Origin: Anolis carolinensis
Taxonomy: Eukaryota
Direction: 5' to 3'
Assembly: GCF_035594765.1 (NCBI RefSeq)
Contig: NC_085842.1
Span: forward strand, 78,530,782-78,594,781
Length of the DNA stretch: 64,000 bases
Below are positions 36,106 through 48,678 of the stretch, piece after piece. The translations under genes and the position numbers were made by a program. The notes below the pieces were generated by a model. That model had not been told where the DNA came from. It saw nothing but the letters and a program-made list of their open reading frames with translations, and did not search any database. Positions within the stretch are counted from its first letter, which is position 1. Every line of letters starts with the position of its first letter.

Positions 36106-36224
36106 CTGATTTCTACTTCTTGGATCTGATGTCTCAGAGAATCTTTGGGTAACTGTATGGCTTTTAGGAGTCAAACTACTTGATGAAAAACTGCTGGCTA
36201 GGGCTGTTTTCCTATAAGTTATTT
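36106..36224 (-). CDS. NISCH: Nischarin exon 14: (E)ITYRKTALASSFSSSSLTPKSHTVTQRFSETSDPRSRNQ
   Basis: ttctag/gtaata; 119 nt; ALASS..SLTP resembles the mammalian exon; restores phase 0. Confidence 0.85.
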
Positions 36225-36924
36225 CTAGAACAGATAAGAAACAGATCTTGAACATCACTGACCTAACATCAAACACATATAACTTTAGACTATATCTAAT
36301 ATGAACTGTGACTCTACTTTAAACTATGTTTCAAGTAGTCCAACAATGTTAGATTGCAGCTGAATTTAATTCCTACTTTATATCATCCTATGCTTAATAA
36401 CTTACAATAAATACAACCAAAATATATCCTTCCAGTGTGATTTATCTAACAGGAAGTAACTAAGCATTCCTGTTTAGTTACTTACTATTTCAAGGAATAC
36501 TCAAGCAACTGGCAATTCTGAGTTTTATCAACACCTGTCCAAGATTCTGTAGTTATGTTCAAATCTACACTTGTATGCAGATCCCATTCCTCCATCACCA
36601 AAATAAATGGGGAAACCTGCATGACCCTGAAATACGTATGAAATTTGGAATGGAATGTAAATTGTTTCAGAATGGCCATATTAGGAATTTCATTGTCATT
36701 CAGCTTCAAAAGGGAGACAGAAGCAAGTAGTTTAAAGGTTCCATTTGCCTTCACTGTTTTTTCCAGCGTGAAAGATCACAATACCAGCTCTGTAGCTGGA
36801 TCTATATTGTCTTATCTATTTGGGAGCTTGCCAGAATTAGGATCCTGTGGGTGATTAGCTTTTATTAATTGCTCTACTGTTCCTCATGGCTGGAGAACAG
36901 TAGAAGAGGCAAAAATGTATGTTG

Positions 36925-37231
36925 CCACACAGGGAGGACTTCTGTGGGTAAATATCCTCCTCTGGTCCCATCCCCATTGTGAGGTTTGCAGACTCCTTGG
37001 AACAGCTTCTCAGATTATAAGATTGCAGCCTAACCTTGGCCTGGATCTTTTGACCCAAATCGGGATCTTAATATTATTGTGTATATTGACTTTTATGACT
37101 GTTTTTAATCATGTTGAAGTTTTACTGCTCGGTTTAATGTTTTATCTGATTTGTGCTGTCGTGTCTGGGCATGGCCCCATGTAAGCCGCCCCGAGTCCCT
37201 CCGGGGAGATGGGGCGGGATATAAGAATAAA

Positions 37232-37262
<31 letters not shown>
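36925..37262 (+). mobile_element. L2 3' end with (TTA)n tail
   Basis: gtaagccgccccgagtccctccggggagatggggcgggatataagaataaa followed by (tta)n. Confidence 0.75.
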
Positions 37263-37265
<3 letters not shown>

Positions 37266-39503
37266 GGGTGTAGTTTTTGCTTTTATCTCTTCCTTTTCTG
37301 CCTTCCTCTATATTTTCAATTCTTCAAATCTAAACCTAAGACACACAGAACTGCTTAAAATTAGAAATCAAGCATTTTTAGCTAGGAGTGTTTTTATAAT
37401 AATTTTAGCTAAGTAACTACATGAGATCATGCTTCATAACAGCAAAGTAAAAAGAAGCCTGTTCAAATTAAGTTTACTCATTAATTAAGTGGGATTTGGT
37501 AGATTTAAGAGCACATTTATTTAGGTCAGAAATGGTGATGGTGATCCAGAGTGGGATACTCCAGACCAGGGTTACAATGGTCTGCATGGCCAGTTCCCAA
37601 TCTGGCTTGGGGGGGGGGGGAAGCTGGATGGCAGCTCCACTGCATGCCCCCAAGCCAGTCCAGTGGCTCAGTGGTGTCCACATGACCCCCACCCATATCT
37701 TACTCCCAAAGTTCTAGGCTTTGTGGTGCCCAGTAAGAAAATGGCATTGATCACTGCTCAGTGTCTGCCACAACAATAGAATGATGCAACAGGAAGGAGA
37801 GAAGAGGCAACACTCCCTTCTCCCCCCTCCCCCCCAATTCACTTTGTTACTCTGGCTTGTGTCACTCTAGGCACCAAGCAACAAACACCACCATTTTCAT
37901 GCCTGGTGGACACCACAAAGTCCAAAACAATGGGGCATGGTAGAAAATTTCCCTGACCCCTGCTCAAGTCCAGAGACAGTTGGTAATGTGAACAGCTGTA
38001 AATACTACCTGAATAAGAAGCAGCACAACTTTTATACCTGCCCAAAAAATGGATGAGCTCCAGAATTCAAGGAAGCTCTGAACTACCCAGTGACTTTTGC
38101 TAAAGCGGTTCCAGGCTGCATTAAGCAGGCTTGGCCCACAATAATCAGAATCAGCTATCTGAATAATTCAGCTACTTCTAAGCCAGTTCACCCCCCATTT
38201 TGGTGAATGGGTCTCTGTGTTAGATAGCAGATTACTTAATTCACTTAGAGACAAATCTCACTGTATTCAAGTAGTACTTATTCTCTAGGAAGTACGTTTG
38301 CAATGTAACTAATAAAGTCCTATTTATTAATTTAACTTTTTGATTTTATATTAGCATGCAGCTAAAGTAGATATTAATTTTTAAATATCTATTTTGAAAT
38401 TAATTTGAAAATATGTCAACATCATACACCACTAATTCTTCAGCTGAAGCAGCTTGTGTTGTCCTTGTGGTATTGGCTACAAAGCAACGTCATTTATCAA
38501 ATTCTAGTAACCCGCTGAAAGTTAACAAACTGAGGAAGTTGAACCATCATTTGTGCTTTCTGCTTCCTGTACAGATATTTAATTCTGTCCAGTGAATTTG
38601 TCCAGTGAATTTGACATGATTATAGTTGTATGGAAAGAGGGATTCTGGCACTATATCTGAAAAAACAAACAAGCCCTAAGGCCCCCAAGTTCTGACTATT
38701 TCTATGCAGCAATCTTTTCCATAGTTAGACCAGTTCAAACTTGTTCCTCCTCAGAATGGATTTCCAGGAATTTAGAAATGGAACTTTCTGCTCGCTGCTG
38801 AGCAAACTAACTGGAGTCATTGGGAACTGAAGATTCGACTCTAGACATATAACATACATTGGCTCTGCCAATGACATGTGTTCTCCTTGAAATGAAAAGT
38901 TGTGTATATGCATTTCAGTAATCATCAGCATGGCCTTGAATTTCTGCCATACCAGTATATGGGAAACTGTAAAACCAACCACATTAAAAAGCAAAAACAT
39001 GTAATTTAGGGATAATAACCATTTGGCTGGTAGATGATAGAAAGCAAAGATCAAAAGGTTAGAGAAGCAGCAACACAAAAAGCAAGAGGTAAGTTTTCCA
39101 TACAAAATGTCTTGCACATATAATCAACAGCTTTCTATATTAACACTATTATCTTTCTCAAAAAAGTACTCTTGAGACAACCTTAAGGTTTGCTAGAAGA
39201 GACTGCAAATTTTTGCTGTTTCCCAAACAAAGGTTAAACATTCTGCTCTACACGCAACTGATCCCTAATCTCTATGAAAGATAAGGGCAGACTTTAATTG
39301 AATTATATAAATATGTAACACATATAAGTATATCTGCTTGTACTGAAAGCTATAGGCTGGTCTAAAAATCAATAATTTGTCTTTGTGTGCCTAAACAAGT
39401 TACTGAACCTCATTCCTATATAGACAAATTCATGTATATCAATGCAGCCTACAAAGGCAGAACCAAGAGGCCCAGCCCAGCAGCATGATACATACATGAT
39501 TAC

Positions 39504-39612
39504 CTTGATTGGAGCTGACAGGACGAGGCAGAGAAGGAGAGGAAGGATGTACAGAAAAAGAAGAACAGTTTGATTTTGAACTGGCAGCAGAAAGCTTGGA
39601 ATCTTCAGTGAT
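39504..39612 (-). CDS. NISCH: Nischarin exon 13: ITEDSKLSAASSKSNCSSFSVHPSSPSLPRPVSSNQ
   Basis: Inside ORF 39439..39651; tctcag/gtaatc; 109 nt; ends phase 1. Confidence 0.92.
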
Positions 39613-40375
39613 CTGAGAAATAAAAACGGAAAGGCTAGGAACAAAGTTCATGAAGCATCTCTATCCTGAATGGAAACAAGGATAATTTATTTTCAAGAAG
39701 GCATTGCATGCACACCAGTAGAGGGTTGTTTTGAAATTCTCTGATGTTACAAAACTTATTTTAAAAGATATGAAATATTGACAATGTTGCATAATTTGTG
39801 CTTAAGAGAAATGGAACAGATTAAAAATATGAATGCAAAGCTGTGTTTCAATATTTTAACTGACTTCAATATACATAAAAAGACATGGTTAAACAAATAA
39901 ACTAAAAATCACATTTTTTGTTTCCATGAACCCATCATTCAACAAGTTGTACCCTTATATGCAGACCATATTTTACATCCAGTTTTTACCTAGATGTGCA
40001 TGGACCAAAGCCATATTTTATTTTTTAAGGTTTTTTGTTTGGTTTTTGCACATGGAGATGTACATGTCCCTTTACTCCACTCTCTGGTACAATTATCTTT
40101 CAATCAATCCCAGCTTCCAATTGATAGCCACATCTAGACAGACTGGTTTTAATCTTAAACACACTTTAGGATTTGCTTACATGACATGCTTGCAGTAGCA
40201 CCTGATTAGGAGAGGAGAGAGGTTAAAATACGAAAACATGCTCTGGTCTTACTCCTGAATGAAGTCAGTTAAAATCAAAGGGTCTAAATGTGAATTTTTA
40301 TACGGGCACTACATCCAGTGAGATAGTGTTGAAATTTGCCTCTTGGCGAAATAACAGTCAAACAAATCCTACTGA

Positions 40376-40862
40376 ATAATAATAATAAAACTTTATTTAT
40401 ACCCCACCACCATCTCCCAATAGGGACTCGGGGCGGCTTACAAAATAGCACACGATGGTGCCAGACAACACATAAAATACAGTACATCAACATCAGTAAC
40501 ACGGCAATTTACAAAAAACCACAACATACAGAAATTAACAAAAGCACAATTCAAATTATATAAAATGATCAGTAAAACGTGGCAGTAGCCTAGCCACTAA
40601 TTTAAAAGGGGGCAGCGCAATCAATTTAACATCCCAGTTGTGAACCAATTAGAATGTCAACATTAAAGTGCCAAAGTAACAAGCAATCAGTTAGCTAATG
40701 CCTTAAACATTATCAAAGGCCTGCTTGAAAAGCCACATTTTAACTCTCTCCGAAAGTGTTGCAATGTGGGGGCTTGCCTACATTCCCTGGGGAGGGCGAT
40801 CCAAAGCCGGGGGGGCTACCAACGAGAAGGCCCTCTCCCTCGTCCCCACCAATCACACTTGA
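40376..40862 (-). mobile_element. L2 3' fragment
   Basis: Tail gtaagccgccccgagtccc and RAFSLVAPRLWxALP-like sequence on minus strand. Confidence 0.75.
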
Positions 40863-40919
40863 GATGGGTTTTAGAAATGAGTTTCAGAAATGAATCTACA
40901 TATTGACTTATGATGTCAC

Positions 40920-41033
40920 CTTCTTGTCAGAGTTATTCATTCTGCACTTCACATCTTTTGCTTTCTGTATAGCCTTCAGCACTTCTACTGTGTCCAGTTC
41001 TTTTTCGGTAGTTACAGTATTATCCAAACAGAC
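40920..41033 (-). CDS. NISCH: Nischarin exon 12: [38 protein letters not shown]
   Basis: Inside ORF 40908..41093; cttcag/gtgaca; 114 nt. Confidence 0.96.
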
Positions 41034-41418
41034 CTGAAGAACAGCAAGAAAACGATAATTAACCCTCAAGAGGACAAAAAGACTGAATCTCATAAACTCA
41101 TCCTGAAAATGTTAGTCCAGGCAAGAGCTGAAATCATGTAGTATTTAAAGATTAACCATACATTTAGAACCAACACAAAATGCATCTTAATTTAAAATTT
41201 ATTTTTGTCACTTGAAACAATATATGCTGACCAAGCTGCTTTTATACAAGCATAGGTGAATTTCCATCAAACAAAAACCTGAGCTGTACCCACTAAACTA
41301 AAGCCCTACCCTTTTTATAGAGAGCAACTATACAGTTTAAATGAAACTGCTATATCCACAAAGTGTGTTTTCTATGGAAGTGAAATGCTGCAAGGTAAGT
41401 AAATATCAAATACTTTAC

Positions 41419-41547
41419 CTCTGATGCTCTGTCACCAAACTGAGCTAGCACTTTTGTCCTGTAATCAGGAATAATGCTCAAGGGATTGTTGGATAAGACA
41501 ACTTTTTCCAAACAGGGAAGGCCTCCAATATTTCTTATTTCATCAAT
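41419..41547 (-). CDS. NISCH: Nischarin exon 11 (LRR and cap): [43 protein letters not shown]
   Basis: Inside ORF 41350..41589; tttcag/gtaaag; 129 nt. Confidence 0.97.
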
Positions 41548-41867
41548 CTGAAAAAACAAACATACACTAATCAGTCTCAAAAAGGACAACGTATTTTAGC
41601 TTATCATGTACTTTCTGAGTTTACTAACTTATGGCAAAGCTATCATGAGATTTTCCTGACTAAATTTATTCAGATGAAGCCTGCCATTGCCTACCTAAGG
41701 CGGAGAGAGTGTGGCCTCACCAAGATCACCCAGTGGTTTTCCATGGCTGTTCTGGCATTTACCCCCTCCATTTCCCTTTTTTATTTCCTCATCAGGGTTT
41801 CTTGAGGGAAAATTCAACAGGTGGTGGACATTGGACTAGCCCCCTCCCCCTAACCCTCATTCATGTA

Positions 41868-42287
41868 CAGGCTGTCCCCAAGCTACAAACAAGAGAGGTC
41901 CTGTAGGTTTGTTCTTAAGTTGAATTTGTATGTAAACAGGTGCATTTTAAAGTGTAACTCCAGCCAAAAATTTATATATTTTTAGCTTTGGATAGCATAG
42001 GAAAGGCTTAACACCTCTTTGCAGTTTGTTTTGCTGTCTGTGTCCCTTTTCAAGAGATTCACCTCACTTTCTGTCCCTGTGAGAATTGGATTTTGAAAAA
42101 TTTGGCTTGTTATGGAAACAGGATTTGATGATAAAAGTTTCAAGTGGAGACACCTTTTCCCCATGATAACTCTTCCAGGAGTGAATTTCCCTTCCTAGGT
42201 GTAGATTTCTCTCATTTCCTGTTGCCTCACCCCTGTCCTTAACTATGAGATGTTTAAGTTGAATGTTTGTAACTCGGGGACTGTCTG
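41868..42287. mobile_element. Tc1/mariner (pogo/Tigger-like) MITE
   Basis: TIR CAGGCTGTCCCCAAG.TACAAAC / gtttgtaactcggggactgtctg; TA TSD. Confidence 0.75.
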
Positions 42288-42665
42288 TATATGCAAATAT
42301 AGGTATTCAAAAAATAAAAAGACAAAGATCTGAAATCCAAAAAAAAAGTGAGATCACAAGCATTTTCACTAAGTTAGACTCAACCTATACCACACAAAAA
42401 CACCATTCTTAAATGGAATCCAAAAATAGTCACAAGTCTAAGAGAATGAACAGAAACCAGGTTACACAATTAACAGTATGAAGGCAGCTTCTAATCCAAA
42501 GTATGCTAAATTCTAAGTACGCCTGGGGTTCTAAACATACTGAATAGTGGTGATTTTTTAATTCAGTAACACAAACGTTGAACTCCAAAATGTACCAAAA
42601 AAGTAAGAGAAATGTGCTTCTTAGTAAAATCAGCTATACATATATCAAACTGTTCTGTATAATAC

Positions 42666-42851
42666 CTGATCTATTTTATTGTTGCTGAGATCGAGGTTAA
42701 CTAATGAGTAGAGTTTGTTGAGGCCACAAAGTCTTTCCAAATGATTCCCTGCTAAATTCAGAGTTTTAATGTTCCCAATTTTTGTATGAATGCCTTCCAA
42801 TGTTGTAAGCTTATTGTAGGACAGATCCAGATGAATGAGGTTGTAGAGATG
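42666..42851 (-). CDS. NISCH: Nischarin exon 10 (LRRs): [62 protein letters not shown]
   Basis: ttatag/gtatta; 186 nt; three LRR units. Confidence 0.97.
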
Positions 42852-45304
42852 CTATAATGGAAAAGGGCAAATTATTTATTAGAATACATATCATGCATTG
42901 TATTGACACCTTCTTAAAGTTGTACGTCACAGATAATAATCAACACCCCTGAGCACTTCTTGTATGAGAGATACCACTATGCTTTCAAAACTGCATTTAG
43001 AGATTGTGTTCCTGAATTTTTAAAAGCATTCTTGATCCTATACCGGCTGAGTCAGTTTGTTAAGAGAATAGGGACTAGTGGCAGAATGGGTTTGCTATGC
43101 TTCATGCGAACCAGTGAGAACTCCTCAAATCTTCTCCAGGGAAATACATAGGAATGAACAGCTGTGTGCATAAGGGGATGAGGGAACAGATGCTGAAGCC
43201 TAGAATTAGGCATAATGGAGCTGTGTTTGCCACTTCTTTCCCTCTGAGACCAGGGCAGTGGCAGACAGGATGGCAGGAAGACCTTTTATTTGCTTATGAG
43301 CCTAGGCATGCTGGAGCTGTGCCTATCTCTTCTTCTCTACATCCAAGAATACATCATGTATTCTGAACATGTCTGAGGATGGTTGCAGTGCTAAATTTGG
43401 AGGTACAGGTATTCCAGTAACAGTCCGCAAAGCTGCACGCCTTCAACCAATCTGCAGACAGCTATTGTCCTGAATCAACAAATCACTTTGTGCAATTTTA
43501 ATATGTACAGGAACAGATATTTTGTAAAACTAGGGGGGTCTTAGTTCAAGACCAAGCACTTCCCCCTAAATATTTTGCATTTCAATGGAGACAGCTTACA
43601 ATATACTCTGGTTAGGAAAATTCATTTCCCTTCCATCTCCTATAACAGATCCTGGTCAGTTGAGGAAATAGGGAATACTGAGGGGGTGGTAGATGGCATC
43701 CTTACTTCTACTAATCAAATGTAACTGGTGTTTTGACCCTGCAAGGGGATAAACAGTGGAGGATGTGAACGCTGCTTCCTCCCACTTTCCCTGAACTTAT
43801 CATATAGGCAGGAAACATCTGTATTGAGTTGGTAACTGTATGCAGTGGAATACAGTTAAGATCTGTTGTATCTATGTGTTCTTGTTCTATTTGCCTTCTG
43901 TTTTCTCTTGGATTAGTCTCAGAATATCCTATCACATTTTATCATTTTTAACACTCCCAGACTGTCCTCATCTTTTGCTAAAGATCCATAGAGAGTTCTG
44001 CTTATACTTCATTTTAGAGGTTACTCTGTCTTATCTATTCCAGATGTTCTGCTCTCTTATCATGCTTCTCATATATTTAATTAAAAATAACTATATAAAA
44101 ATAACCTGGATTTTTGTTCACATCTTGTATTAACATGGAAAAATAAGCTAAACACTAAGAAGAGAAAGTGCAGAATTCAACATGTGTGGTAAAAGTAGTG
44201 AGATATGAAAAGGACTCTTAGTTTATAAACAGCTCAAAATGCAAACAGATATATCTGTTAGTGTGTTTTTTTGTTCTGTTTTGCTTTGCTTTGAGGATTC
44301 TAAAGGACAAAAATACCAGGAGGTTAAGAAAGAACGGGAAAAAAACCTGATGAGATTTTTCAAGTTTTGGTTATCTCTAAGTCACAGATCCATCTCCTCA
44401 ACATCATAACCCCTTTTATTTATTTAAGGAATTTTAAAACTGCCTCTCTGAACAAAGTACCATTCTTAATATATAGTTTCCATCTTTTTGTTCATACTAT
44501 TGTTGTCACCAGTATTACATTAATGAGTGGTCTTGAAAAATTCCTGAATCACTTCTTTATGACACTGTTTGTGTATGTGTGTATTCATGTTTAAACATTG
44601 TGAGCAAAAAAGAAATCTGGATGTGTCAATCTCTAGTAGCCTGGCTACCTTTGTTAAGTCTGCTTTTTTGACTTTAGAACACTAAGAAAGTTAACTGTTG
44701 TAAGAAATCTTAGGACAGAGTTAAAAGATCCTTAGCAGAACTGGATTTTATTATTCCATTATCCTTTTAGTCTCAAATGCCCCTTTCATCCAATACTCAA
44801 ACGGTAATCTACCTTTTACCTGGATTCAAGGCTTCTATCTTTCTCTCCCCAATTTAAATGAAGCTTTTATGATATATATTTCAAATTTCTAATCTCAGAA
44901 ACACTTGATAACAGCTATTCTACAACAAAGGCAAGTGCCTGCTGAGCAGGCCACATTTTAAAAATCTTGTTATCAATCTCTCCCTCTTTCAAACTACTAG
45001 AGTGGGTGGATAAATTTGGCTCACTTTGCATACCAACATTATTGAATGAATTGCTGACAATGAAAATAAATAATAGTCTCAGACAAGAACATAGAATTCA
45101 GGCAACTGAAAGAGACTCCACCATATTATTTTAAGAGAGCTTCAAGACAATTAATGTTACTGACAATACCTAGGGAAGAGATCTTAACACTTGAGACCTT
45201 TTCAAAGTTAGTGACAACAATGAAAGCAATCTCAAAGTATAAGCAGTATGTTTAAGAGAAAGGAAATGCACACACAATTCCATCAGCCAAAATACAAAAC
45301 AAAC

Positions 45305-45373
45305 CTGTAGGTTCTCTACTAGAGGTACATCATTGTGGCTTAAATCCAAAAATTCAATCTTCGGCATTAGTTT
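45305..45373 (-). CDS. NISCH: Nischarin exon 9 (LRR): KLMPKIEFLDLSHNDVPLVENLQ
   Basis: ttttag/gtttgt; 69 nt. Confidence 0.95.
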
Positions 45374-45644
45374 CTAAAAAAAGGAAGAAGGCTGTATTAG
45401 TCTGATCAAGAGGCAAGTCATAATTCAACTTACTATGCTGTTAAATACTGTGGAAAGAGTTCAAAAGTTCATATTTCAAATAGGAGGCCAGAGGCCCCAA
45501 TGCAAACCCATTCTAAAAATCTAGACAGAGTCATAAGCAGAGATATTCAAAATCTTTAATATATTCAAGGATGCCTAACTTCAGTAGTTAAATATCCCAC
45601 CCCACCATTCAAAGTCCATTTGAAGACATGTTATGAGATCTTAC

Positions 45645-45797
45645 CACAGAGTCGTCAATTCGAGCTATACTATTGTGACTCATATCTAAGGTTGTTAAGG
45701 TTCTCCAAATTGGGATAATTGCTGTCACAGGACAACTTGAAGGTGCACCTTCTGGCTCCCACTGGTCAAAATCATAAGCCTCAGGCACTAGGATTTC
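45645..45797 (-). CDS. NISCH: Nischarin exon 8 (start of LRRs): [17 protein letters not shown]...[18 protein letters not shown]
   Basis: aacag/gtaaga; 153 nt; LRR consensus LxxLDxSxN. Confidence 0.96.
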
Positions 45798-46150
45798 CTG
45801 TTGAAAATCATATACAGGAAAATTTTGAGATTATTTTTTGTTCCCTCCCCAAATACATTTTCAATCTGTAAACCCCTCTCTAAAGAATTATCAAATGCAA
45901 AAAATGTTTAATATTCAGGTGAAAAATTACTTTCTTCAAACTAAGCCCGATTTGTCTCACAAGCACTATCACACTCTGCTTGGGCTTGCATAAGTTCTCT
46001 GCTACTGCACTTACTGGACACAGAGTTGGTTTAAAGAGTTTGACTAAAATATGTAAATAGCATAATTCATACTGCCTGCCTCTCAAATGATCTATAAATG
46101 TGATTGGCTACGATATTCACGCCCTCCTCCGTAGGTTAAATAAATAAATA

Positions 46151-46468
46151 CAGAAGAGTCTCACTTATCTAACATAAACAGACTGGCAGAACACTGGATA
46201 AGCAAAAATGTTGGATAATAAGGAGGGATTAAGGAAAAGCCTATTAAACGTCGAATTACATTATGATTTTACAAATTAAGCACCAAAACATCATGTTTTA
46301 CAAGTTTGCCACTTGTTTGGGAGTGTAACTACACTTGTGTTGTTGGGTGTGTTGGCCCGCTGCATGTTGCTGTCTACAGAAACAGCTGTGGATCTGGGTG
46401 GGAGGCAGATTGCGTTGGATAATGCAGAACATTGGATAAACGAAGGTTGGATAAGCGAGACTCTACTG
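46151..46468. mobile_element. Tc1/mariner (pogo/Tigger-like) MITE
   Basis: TIR CAGTAGAGTCTCRCTTATCCAAC; TA TSD. Confidence 0.82.
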
Positions 46469-47095
46469 TAAAACAAATAGATTAATCTCCGAGTGCAAAA
46501 AAATCATAATGTGATTTATAGAACCTCCCATTTTGAACATGTGTGAAGCATTTATTTGGCTTGAAATAATTGATGTCAATGTAGATATTAAACCAGTAAG
46601 TAATATTTAAGGAGAAATCCAGTGGTAAGCCTCAACTGGAGCAGGTCCACTGAATCAGTGGGAATTTGGTAAGCCAACACTTAGCAGGGTTCCATTGATT
46701 AAACAGGTGTAGTACTTTAATTGAAAAAAACTAGTTTTAGACCCTACATTTTTAAAAGAAAAGAGCTGTAAAACTGAGGAACTCAATATGAAATGAGTAA
46801 TGATATAATTCTATCACGAAGTCCTCCCTGCCATAAGCCACTAACCTGTTTTTCCTCCTCCTTCCCAAACTCTTCCATCTTCACTTAATTCCCATGCTCA
46901 AGCTTCTTTATTCATTGTATCAGACAGAATAAAAGAGCTAGCAAGATACCTGGTAACATCCCAGTATGACAAAGTGATACTACTCTTGGAATTGTCTTTC
47001 TTACATACCTCATGATTTACCACAACCTGCATAAAATGCAAGATAATTATTGTTTGGCATACATTACTTGCAAATGGTTAACATTTCTGTCTTAC

Positions 47096-47191
47096 CATCA
47101 TGGAAGTTGCTGAAAACTGAACACTCAATGTTGCTAAAGTGTGCTTTGAAGATGTCAGCCCTTTAATAAGCTTTGCACCACAGTGATTTAT
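47096..47191 (-). CDS. NISCH: Nischarin exon 7: INHCGAKLIKGLTSSKHTLATLSVQFSATSMM
   Basis: aacag/gtaaga; 96 nt. Confidence 0.95.
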
Positions 47192-48582
47192 CTGTTTTGA
47201 AAAAGGAACTAAAATGAGCAGCAACACTGGAAAACGTCATTTCTATTTAGGCTTTATGCAAGCAGATGACACAATTATGGCTACAAGGCAGGCATTTTGC
47301 AAGCTTGTCAAGGTAAATAATTGTGAAAAATGTCCCTGACTTCCAATTGTTTTCTAATTTTAAAAACCAGACCAGAGAGAGATAGGAAGAAAGAAAGAGA
47401 CAATTTTTTTTACAACAATTCTATTGCAGTTGTATTGGTTGCTCTTCTTATCACTGACAAACAAGGAAGACTGACATCTACACAATGCAAATATTCTATC
47501 TTGTGTAAATGTTTATGCTGGCTTTGGGTGCTAAAATATTATGAAATAGTATTGCTCCTACACCCATAACACCTCTGTGGACACAAAGCATTTTTATATC
47601 ACATAATACATTGGGATTCTCACTGAGATCTGAAAATACTCCAGGATTAAAACATGGTGGAATTTTTGAAAATCTTCCTGGACGAGGGTTTGTATAACTA
47701 GTATGACACTATTCTCTCAGGACAAAGTCTTTGCAATATTTGTCTAAAATTCCCTTCTCTGAATTATACCTAGAAAGAATACACAATAGATCCCATTACA
47801 AACAACTGTATTATATCAAATAAGGAAAATAGACAAAAGCTGAAGTATTATCTGTGGTATGAAAACATACAAAAATAATGGTTTTCATTCAAACAGAAGG
47901 GTTCATTTTCTTTATGGAGTTCCACCCTCTTCCATTTATCTATAGGGATCCCCCCAATCATCAGCTTTCTAAAGGGCTGAAGCAAAATGGGAAATCAGTA
48001 AAAACAGACTCTCTACATTTTCATTCGTAAAAACACCTCATGAACAATTATCCATTCTAGTCAGCCTGGATCCAAGGCAAAATTTAGTATGCTGTCTTCA
48101 GTAGGCATTGTGTACTTTAAGTTGTTTATGTTTTAAAAGCAGCATTTTAATTAAAGGTATATTTTAATGCTTTTTAAACTTTTGTACTCTTTATTGTTTT
48201 AGACATTTTATTTTTATTTAATTTGTAAGAGTTTTTAGTCCCATTTGGGAGGAAAGTGGGATATAGATCAAATCAATAATAAATAAACTATAAATTATAT
48301 TTGTGATTTAGAAGAGAATGATCTGAGAACTACAGCTGAATTACAACTCACAAATGAAAAGCTGAGAAAGACCACTGCCTGGAGAACTCCTGTAGCCAGA
48401 GTAGACACTGACCGTCAAGACACATTGTGATATGTGAAGGATTCTAGAGTCCCATTTGAGACTAAAGCAGCTTGACATGTTTACATGATATTGGAAAGCA
48501 ATGCTAAATACAAAATAAGTATTTGAAGCATCTGTACTACAGCAATTTACAGAAGACTATATATAGAGTTCTTGAAATATAC

Positions 48583-48678
48583 CTGTATCTGATGAAGAGA
48601 CTTAAATATTGATAGGTCAAAAGGCAAAAGATGTTCCTGAATGTTACTGGTCCCAAAAGGTCCACCTGTGCCAGTTAC
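48583..48678 (-). CDS. NISCH: Nischarin exon 6: [32 protein letters not shown]
   Basis: tttcag/gtatat; 96 nt. Confidence 0.96.

Noticed and set aside
38586-38613. Short tandem duplication (tgtccagtgaatt x2)
   Set aside because: Simple slippage duplication with no sign of function.
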